From assembly GCA_951406725.2 (NCBI GenBank), contig OX597823.1, positions 52,390,001-52,454,000 of the forward strand: DNA of 64,000 nt, written 5' to 3'. This document shows, one piece after another, positions 52,903 through 64,000 of this stretch. Each line of letters begins with the position of its first letter. Positions within the stretch are counted from its first letter, which is position 1. Source of the DNA: Octopus vulgaris. Its lineage: Eukaryota. Below the pieces are notes generated by a model. It saw only the letters and a list, made by a program, of their open reading frames with translations, made no database searches and was not told the origin of the DNA. The position numbers and the translations under genes are program-made.

Positions 52903-52948
<46 letters not shown>

Positions 52949-53406
52949 GTATGTATATATATATATATATACATACATAGTCATATATATATTCATATAT
53001 ACATATATATGTTATATGTATATGTATATATATATATATATGTGCATGTGTGTATGTGTATATATATATATAGATATATATATATATATATATATATGCA
53101 TGTTTGTATATATATGCATATATATGTATATATGCATATATACTTATACACATATATAAATATATACATATTGATTGGTACTTTCTCAAGGTATATGTAC
53201 AAATAACATAACATTCTACTGTTTATGCAATATATGTTAGTAGAGAACGTATTTATAAAATTTTACATGGCAATGATGAGTAGTGGCTTCAAAGTTTTCC
53301 CTTCATTGCTTTTATGAGGTAAAGGCATGCAAGCCGAAATTTAGATGACAACGCCAATCTTGTTGTAAAATGTAATATATATACTTCTGGACTATGTATA
53401 TGTATG

Positions 53407-53463
<57 letters not shown>

Positions 53464-54042
53464 GTATATATAAATGTATATATGTATATACATTCATATA
53501 TGTCTGTATATATATATATATAATATATGTAAGTATGTATGTTTATATATATATATGTGTGTGTGTGTGCGTATATATGTATGTATATATATATGTATAT
53601 ACATAGGTAGGTATATAGTTAGATAGATATCATATACTGATTACATTGCTTATGTTAATTTCTGTTACATCATTTGATATGTATTCATCAATTGTGAAAT
53701 AGATGTAGTTAATGGAGAAAGACTTTTTAAAATTAGTTTTATTTTAAAATTACAAGGATGGTGAAAGGATACTTCCAACCGAATATTTATATAGACATGC
53801 ATACACATATACATTGATAAACTTTATAAGCATGAATATAAGTTTGCACATACAAATATGTGAGTACATAGGTGCTAAACAAGGTGAGAAATTACAATGG
53901 TCAAACCTGAAATATAAACATAACTAGTTCTTTATTGAAATAATAAAGTCTATTTAACTTCACTAAAATGATATATGTGTATCATATGTATATATGCATA
54001 TATATATATATGTATGTATGCATGCATACATATATATATAAG

Positions 54043-54233
<191 letters not shown>

Positions 54234-54488
54234 GTGGAGGTGCGGGGTTTAGTGATTAGGGTGTCAGCACCATGATCATAAGAATGTGGTTTCGATTCCT
54301 GGACTGGGCAACGCGTTGTGTTCTTGAGCAAAACACTTCATTTCACATTGCTCTGGTCCACTCAACAGGCAAAAATCAGTAACGCTGTGATGGACTGGTG
54401 TCCCATCCAGCTGGTTAACACATATGCCATAGAAACTGGGAAACCGGGCCCATGAGCCTGGCTAGGCTTTAAAAGGGCACATTTATTT
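54234..54488 (+). mobile_element. SINE family C
   Basis: A and B boxes, CORE-like TTCTTGAGCAAAACACTT, tail GAAACTGGGAAACCGGGCCCATGAGCC. Confidence 0.82.
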
Positions 54489-54948
54489 TATATATAAAAT
54501 TAGAATACTATATTAAAAGAATACAATATAAACATGCACACATATATATATATACATAGATGTATACCATCATAATCATCATAAGTTAGAGTCTCCTCTC
54601 CCTGCTGGCATGGGTTAGACAGTTTGACTAGAGCCAGAGAGCTGCACTAGGTTCCAGTCGGACTTGGCATGGTTTTCCTGGTTCTATGCCCCTCCTAACA
54701 CCAACCACTCCACGAGTGTAATGAGTGCTTTTTACATGCTACTGGCACAGTAACATTATTTCAATAGTGATATGCCCTATCTTTAATTTTACATGTAAGA
54801 AAAATATTTTGTAGAAATCTATGAAGTAATAATATATTTATTTACAGGCGAGCCAGTAGATAAATATATAAGTAACTAAACATAATGTGGATATATATAT
54901 ATGCGTGTGTGTGTGTGTGTGTGTGTGCGTGTGTGTGTGTGTGTGATG

Positions 54949-54994
<46 letters not shown>

Positions 54995-55218
54995 TATATA
55001 TACATATATATATGTACATATTATCTGCTATAAACACAAGGCCAGAAAGTTTGGGTGAGGGGCTAGGTGCTAGGGGCTATGTGTTAGTTGATTACATTGA
55101 AACCTCTGCTATTTGTTCCATTAAAACTGACAGAATTCAAACTAACACCGTAAAGAGGGAATGAAATGACACTAAAAATTTTGTCCAGCATGCAAACATT
55201 TGTGCCTTTATATATATG

Positions 55219-55280
<62 letters not shown>

Positions 55281-55344
55281 ATATTCATATATTTATATAT
55301 ATATGGATACATATACACATATATATATATATACACATATATAT

Positions 55345-55393
<49 letters not shown>

Positions 55394-55396
55394 GTA

Positions 55397-55434
<38 letters not shown>

Positions 55435-55570
55435 TTAGGGAAGTGTTCTCTACATAGAATATACTTTGACATGCTTCTATTTATATATATATGCACACAC
55501 ATATATATACATATATATATATATATACATACATATATATTTATATATATACATACATACATATATATAC

Positions 55571-55624
<54 letters not shown>

Positions 55625-55661
55625 ATATATACATATATATATACATACATATATATATATA

Positions 55662-56046
55662 GGTGCAGGAGTGGCTGTGTGGCAAGTAGCCTGCTAACCA
55701 ACCACATGGTTCCGGGTTCAGACCCACTGCGTGGCATCTTGGGCAAGTGTCTTCTGCTATAGCTCCGAGCCGACCAATGCCTTCAGTGGATTTGGTAGTC
55801 AGAAACTGAAAGAAGCCTCTCGTATATATGTATATATGTATGTGTGTGTTTGTGTGTCTGTGTTTATCCCCCTAGCATTGCTTGACAACCGATGCTGGTG
55901 TGTTTACGTCCCTGTCACTAAGCAGTTCAGCAAAAGAGACCGATAGAATAAGTCCCGGGGTCGATTTGCTTGACTAAAGGCGGTGCTCCAGCATGGCCAC
56001 AGTCAAATGACTGAAACAAGTAAAAGAGTATAAGAGTAAAAGAGTA
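55662..56046 (+). mobile_element. SINE family A
   Basis: Full-length match. Confidence 0.88.
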
Positions 56047-56213
56047 TACATATACATATATATGTATGTCATCATAACATCGTTTAACGTCCGCTATTTA
56101 TTTATATTCATATATATATATCAATGCATATATGTATATATATGTATAAATATATCTATATCTATATCTATCTATCTATATATATATATATATATACACA
56201 TATATACACATGC

Positions 56214-56248
<35 letters not shown>

Positions 56249-56835
56249 AGGAGAGATAGACAGATAGACAGACTTATAGATAGATACATACATAGATACA
56301 TAGATGGACAGACATATATCCACATTTAAATAGATATATATCTGAGTATATAATATATATGAACATCTTCTTGTGTACTTAAAATGTTGTTGAAGCTGAA
56401 AATTCTTTCAAACTCTTGTATTAATTTCAAATCAGCAAACATCAGCCTGATAACCTGTTATAGAACATGAGGAGTAATAGTTTTTGAAGTTCCCATGCTT
56501 AGCACAATATTATATTTTTGGCTAATTGTGGTATTCCAGTACATTTTGTTCAACAATATCAAAATTACTCACACACACACACACACACACACACACAAAT
56601 ATATATACAGATGTACATATGTGCATGTGTATACATATGTATACATAAATACATACAAACATTTATATGTATATATATATGTATATATATCTGTATATAT
56701 ATATATATTTGTGTGTTTATATTTATATATTTATATATATTATGCATATATTTATATATGGATGTGTATTATGTATATCTATATATCTAGCCCTCTCTCT
56801 CTCATTTTATATATGTATATATACATACATATATA

Positions 56836-56885
<50 letters not shown>

Positions 56886-56899
56886 CATACATATATATA

Positions 56900-57023
56900 T
56901 GCGCAGGCATGGTCATGTGGTAAGTAGCTTCCTTACCAACCACATGGTTCCAGGTTCACTCCCACTGCATAGCACCTTGGGCAAGTGACTTCTTTTAGAG
57001 CCTCAGGCTGTCCAAAGCCTGTA

Positions 57024-57059
<36 letters not shown>

Positions 57060-57180
57060 TGTGTGTTTGCATATGTTTGTGTGTCTGTGTTTGTTCCCCC
57101 ACCAACATCGCTTGACAACCAATGCTGGTGCATTTACATCCTCGTAACTTAGTGATTTGGCAATAGAATCCAATAGAATT
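56900..57180 (+). mobile_element. SINE family A (partial); an opposite-strand copy lies at 57620-57903
   Basis: Matches head and body of the consensus. Confidence 0.75.
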
Positions 57181-57900
57181 CTGAGATTATAACAGATAAT
57201 GAGCAGGCAAAACATTTGACATCATTCTAGAACAATTATCTTTTTAATATAAAATAAACATGGCGCAGAGTAATTATAAGAATTATGTAACAATATAATG
57301 GCTCAATGATAAACCACTTGTAGCCACCTTTGGGAGTCAATTTCAACACTATATATTGCAGTTCAATTCAGAGTTTCAGTGGGAAACCAAACTGAGCAAT
57401 CATGGTACATACTTATAACATTAAGCCAATTCATACAAATTGCTTGTATAAATGTTTAGCATATATGTATCTATGTATATACATGTGTGTGTGTGTGTGC
57501 ACATGCATTCATGTGTGTATTTATGTGTTTGTGTTTATATGTTGTCTCTATGCGTTTTGATATAAAGATCTATAGACAGTAAAAACGTAAATGTATGTCA
57601 CAATCTTTGAAGTTTTGTAAACCTAGTACTTATCCTATCAGTCTCTTTTGTAGGGACATGAACAAACCAACATCGTTTGCTAAGTGATGGTGGAAGGACA
57701 AACACAGACACACACACATAAAATATATACATATCTACATATATAAAACAGGCTTCTTTCAGTTTCCACGTAGCAAATCCACTTACAATTCTTTGGTCAG
57801 CTGAAGGCTAGAGTAGAACAAACATACCCAAGGTGTCATGTAGTGGAACTGAACCCAGGTACATGTGTTTGGGAAGCAAGCTTCTTACCACACAGCCATG

Positions 57901-57940
<40 letters not shown>

Positions 57941-57954
57941 CGTATATATGTATA

Positions 57955-58006
<52 letters not shown>

Positions 58007-58188
58007 CATAAATATATATGTGTATATATATATGCACATATATATACATATATATATATATATATTATATTGATATTCATATACATGTACATATAAATAT
58101 ACATATATTATTATCTACCAGTCTAGCTATTTATCTATCTATCTGTGTATGTATATATATATATACACACATTTAGAATATATATATG

Positions 58189-58266
<78 letters not shown>

Positions 58267-58870
58267 ATATATATTTATCTATATCTGTGTATGTGTATAT
58301 ATATATATATATATACACACACATTTAGAATATATATATGTATATGTATATTTGTATGTATATATGTAATATAGAATTTGTGGGTAAATGCCGGAGTACA
58401 CATATGATTGGATAATAACATTTAATAAATGGGTGGATGTTTATTATATATGTAAGTGTTCAGAGACATAATAGATGTTATAAATGTAAGAGAAAACACA
58501 TAATACATAATAACATAGAACCAGTTTAGATACAATATATATGTATTCTCTGAAATAATATCTCTGAAGTCTATCAATCAATGCATGCATGAGTGTATAA
58601 ATATGTATATGTGTGTGTGTATGTGTGTGTGTGTGTGTGTGTTTGTGTGTGTGTGTTTGTATGTGTTAGTGTGTGTATTTATATATATATGTGTGTGTAT
58701 ATATATCTATATATATGTGTGTTTATATATATATATTATACACACACATATGTATATATAATATATATTTATATGTAGAGAAAGTGAGAGATAGGTACAT
58801 ACATGTATTTGGGCTTCCATACATTATATTCTTTATATATTTTATATACATTGAGTATTTTATGCATGTT

Positions 58871-58988
<118 letters not shown>

Positions 58989-59644
58989 ATATATACATAT
59001 ATATATATATATTTGCCCAGGTACATATAGGTATATGCATATATAAACTCACATATGTACACTTGGGTGCATTTATATATATATAAATATATGTATGTGT
59101 ATGTGTGTGTTTGTGTGTGTGTATGTTTGTGTGCCTGTGTGTGTATCAATGCATTTTGCTTGTTTGTCTTTTTTGTTTTTGTTTTTTTTCTGCCAACAGA
59201 AAGTTAGAAGAGTGACTATAGTGTCATGATTTTCATGCCTGATAAGAGTCTCTCTAAAAAAAAAAACATATTTGGATCTTGACACATTTTTGCAAAGTTT
59301 TACGCATTAAAAGTGTAAAGGATTATACCCATGTATTGAGTTCTTCTTCTCATCTTTATTATTCCTAAACTGTTATGTACATATATATAAATATATGCAT
59401 TCATACATATATTCATAAATTTGTTCCTGTATTTCAGTGTGATTAAGAGTTTATGTTGCATTATGTATTCATTATCTTATATATGGATATACATTAATAT
59501 ACATATACATTATATTAGTTTAAATTTATAAAATGCAACTGTAATGAGTTTCATTGATATTTCAATAGCAGGAGTACATATTAAAAAGTTATAACAACAA
59601 GGATATACCTCATATCTCTTGTCCCTCTCTCCATTCTCTCACCT

Positions 59645-59702
<58 letters not shown>

Positions 59703-59705
<3 letters not shown>

Positions 59706-59907
59706 TGTGTCCTAGAAGTCGTTCACCATTATGGTTTTCATTTAAAATAAAGGATTTTATTTTATTATATTTTCTCAGCATGTCTTATTGTAGAGGGTGC
59801 TCAATTTGAGCATTTGTTACAATTAATTTCAATAAAGTGTTTTTGAAATCAATAAGAGTGTATTCTTTTAAAAAACCATGGGGGTGCACAACTTCTGAGA
59901 CACCCTG
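59703..59907. mobile_element. Tc1/mariner-like MITE in (TA)n
   Basis: TIRs CAGTGTGTCCTAGAAGTCGTTCACC..ATGGTTTT / AAAACCAT..GGTGCACAACTTCTGAGACACCCTG, TA on both sides. Confidence 0.75.
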
Positions 59908-60776
59908 TATATATACATATATATACATGCATATTCATATGTATGTGTGTATGTATATATACATATGTATGTATGTTTATATGTATCTATGTATGTTTGT
60001 ATGTATGTATGTATGTATGTATGTATGTATGTACATATGTTTGTATGTATATATGTATGTATGCATGTATGTATGAAAGTAATAAGAAAGAGAGACACAG
60101 GGTGAGATATGAGATATGAATTATATGTATATTACCTATTTATCATATATAGATATACATATATGTATATTAAAATCCACACAAACATGTAGTTCAACAT
60201 ATAAATGCTGACATAGTAATATATTTAGTGCGTGTATATAATAAGATGCCATAAACAAATATATATATATATGTGTATGTATATAGACATACATACCCCC
60301 ACACACACACATATATATATGTATGTATATACATATGTGCATTGCATGTGTATATTCATATGTAAATGTATGTGGGTATATATACATATTTACATGCATA
60401 TACATAAATATTAATTTATACTATGTATATCAAGTATACTTACATAAAGTATCTCTATATGAATAATGATATACATACATAATTACACTGATAAATGTAA
60501 TTATATCTTTTTGCATGTATGCTTGTGTGTTGATGTATGTATAAATATATATAAATATATATACATACATTGACATCTTTCATGTATGTAAACATACATA
60601 TATATATATTAATATTCATATCTTTATATATACATATACATACATATAATTTTACATATCAATATGTGTAAATATACATACATACATACATAGATACATT
60701 ACATACATAAATATATAAACACATATATACATACATACATATATATATATGTAGATATATAAACATATATTCATAT

Positions 60777-60910
<134 letters not shown>

Positions 60911-61677
60911 TCACACACTCACACATATATATAGGTATATAGGTATGTATGTATGTTCATATGTATGTATAAAGTTGCATGTACACATGCATATATTTTT
61001 GAAAAACGTTATTTATTATTCTATTCTGTATATTTTATATTATGTTTAGTTTCTATCTCATTATTATTCATTATTAAACAGACACTAAATTTTATCCAAA
61101 ATCTTATCTATGTTTGATTTCTACTCTGCTTATATATCTAAATCTCTTTAGCTTTTGCAATCTCTTTGTAATTACATATGTATATGTAATTACATACATA
61201 TGTATCGCAAAAAATTGATACGTAATTACAAATATGTATATGTTTATATGCATACAAAGATACACTTATATATTAACAGAGGGACAGACAGACATATAAG
61301 TGGCTAGATAGCTACACATATATGTACCATATTTGTATCCATATATGTACACATATTTGTATTCATATACATATATTCATGTGTTTATATATTTATGAGT
61401 GTATACATATATAAGCATATAAGGATATTTATACAATTATATATAACAAATATATGTATATATATATATAACATTAATGTATATCAATTTAGGCATATCT
61501 ATCAGTCTGTCCATCCATTTATATATACATGCATATGTATTTATACATATATATATATCTATATATATACATATCTATATGTGTATGTCTATGTATGTAT
61601 CCACACCAATATATAGACAACTGTATGTCTATATATATATATGGTGTGTATATATATATATGTATATATATATAATC

Positions 61678-61732
<55 letters not shown>

Positions 61733-61739
61733 TATATAT

Positions 61740-61770
<31 letters not shown>

Positions 61771-62097
61771 GGCATACATAAATACATACATACACAGACA
61801 TATTTGCATTGTACATATTTACGCAGAACAATCTGAAGAAAATGAGCTCGACACTTGTAGCGAAATTCAATATTTCAATAGATATGACCTTCACCACTAC
61901 ATGAGAATTACTTCCTCTCAATAATCACCTCCTTCCAAAAAATATATTTGGAGAAACAGTCCAGGATGGGAAACTCTTTATAGTGATAATGTTATACTTC
62001 AGCTTCAAATGTGTGTCTTTCTATGTGTATAAAAATGTATATATAATGCATATATACACATATACTTATTCATACATAGATACATATAAACATACAG

Positions 62098-62152
<55 letters not shown>

Positions 62153-62878
62153 TATACATATATGCACCAAAACCTATCAAAGTATCAAAGTATACATATA
62201 CACTTATATACATATATATACACATATACATATGTATGTATATATATATATGTGTGTGTGTGTATGTATGCACATATACACACATATGCATATAAACATG
62301 AGTCAAATATTTGCTTATGTTTGTTAACCAGTTATGTATCAATATTTGAGTATCTTGACAAACCCCATGGTAATATATGTGTATAGATAGACAGATAGGT
62401 AGACAGATATATATCTGTCTACATATGAATATATGTATGTATTTATGTATGCATGCTTGTTTGTATATATGTATACTTATCCATGTACAATATAACATAT
62501 TACATAAATTCTTTTATTTACATTTTTACCTACTTTGTGTAATGAGCTTATTTACTTTATTCCTTTATTCATACTCTATTTCTTTTTTATAATATAATTT
62601 GTTTACATTTATTTCATGTGGGTTAACATTTAGTACATATTCATCATTCAGATATGGATGTAGTTAAAGAAAGAAAATAAAAAAAATTAGTTTTATTTGG
62701 AAATTACAAGGAATGTGAAAGGATACTTGCAACAGAATAATATTTTTGATACATTAGGAAATAATGAGATTTAATCATATTCAATTACATATTACATTTT
62801 ACTTATAACAATGCATATATGAAGGAATATTTGAAAGTTGGTGTTGTATATTTATGCATGTGTCTGTATGCATGGCAA

Positions 62879-62922
<44 letters not shown>

Positions 62923-63029
62923 TATATATATGTATTTCCAAATATGTGCTTGTGTGAGTGCTTGTATAAATATATATATATATGTACGTATGTATGTGTA
63001 TGTGTATATATGTATAATATATATGTATG

Positions 63030-63138
<109 letters not shown>

Positions 63139-63299
63139 ATATATCCACATATACACAAAAGTGTTTTTGTATATAACTATGTACATGATATTGAAATTGT
63201 TGTGAATAACTATGTCTAGATTTGAGTACTTTTCTGTATATATGTTGCAAATATATATTTGCAATATGTGTTGTGTGTGTATATATATATGTATGTATG

Positions 63300-63347
<48 letters not shown>

Positions 63348-63377
63348 ATATATATAATAAATATATATAAATATATT

Positions 63378-63423
<46 letters not shown>

Positions 63424-63460
63424 GCATATATGCCATATATATAATAAATATACATATATT

Positions 63461-63515
<55 letters not shown>

Positions 63516-63616
63516 TATATGCATATATGTATATATATATATATATACATATATACATATATATAATATATATATATATATATGTATGTATGCATATATA
63601 TATATATATGTATATG

Positions 63617-63673
<57 letters not shown>

Positions 63674-64000
63674 TAACAATGTCAGTCATTCCCTACACCA
63701 TACACCATACACTGTACACCTCAATTATTTTTGCATGAAAATTATCTTACCAATCAATTATGTTAATTAGACAGGTGTGATGCTTGAAGTTGCTTGTGAT
63801 GAAAAATCTACAGTGGCATTTAGAAAATGGATACAAATTAGTTGGAGGCAAATTCTAATTAAACTACTACATAGTTTACATTAGTTCTGCCATGATGAGC
63901 TCAGGAACATTGTTTCTTTGAAAGTTTTGCAGTAAAACTCTGCTCATCCACCACACCACCACCGCCACAACCATCACTACTACCCTACACCAACTCTACA

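Overview
Eukaryotic, AT-rich window saturated with (TA)n, (TG)n and (GATA)n microsatellites. The SINE repertoire resembles octopus/cephalopod DNA (inference). No host protein-coding gene can be supported, and almost all ORF-track hits are microsatellite or SINE artefacts. The main feature is a young, near full-length Penelope-like retroelement (PLE, Neptune-like) at ~30951-37127. It has an intact RT + GIY-YIG ORF, a disrupted upstream ORF1-like frame that ends at a candidate -1 slippery site, a ~1.35 kb TG-rich 3' UTR, and two near-identical pseudo-LTRs. Each pseudo-LTR carries a 44-bp hairpin tandem array and a minimal hammerhead-ribozyme-like motif with the U3-A8 core variant. Other U3-A8 minimal hammerheads and fold-back PLE termini are scattered through the window. 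The rest is three tRNA-derived SINE families, RTE LINE fragments (one with a PHD-like finger), a DD37D mariner relic, and nested hAT, piggyBac and Tc1 MITEs.
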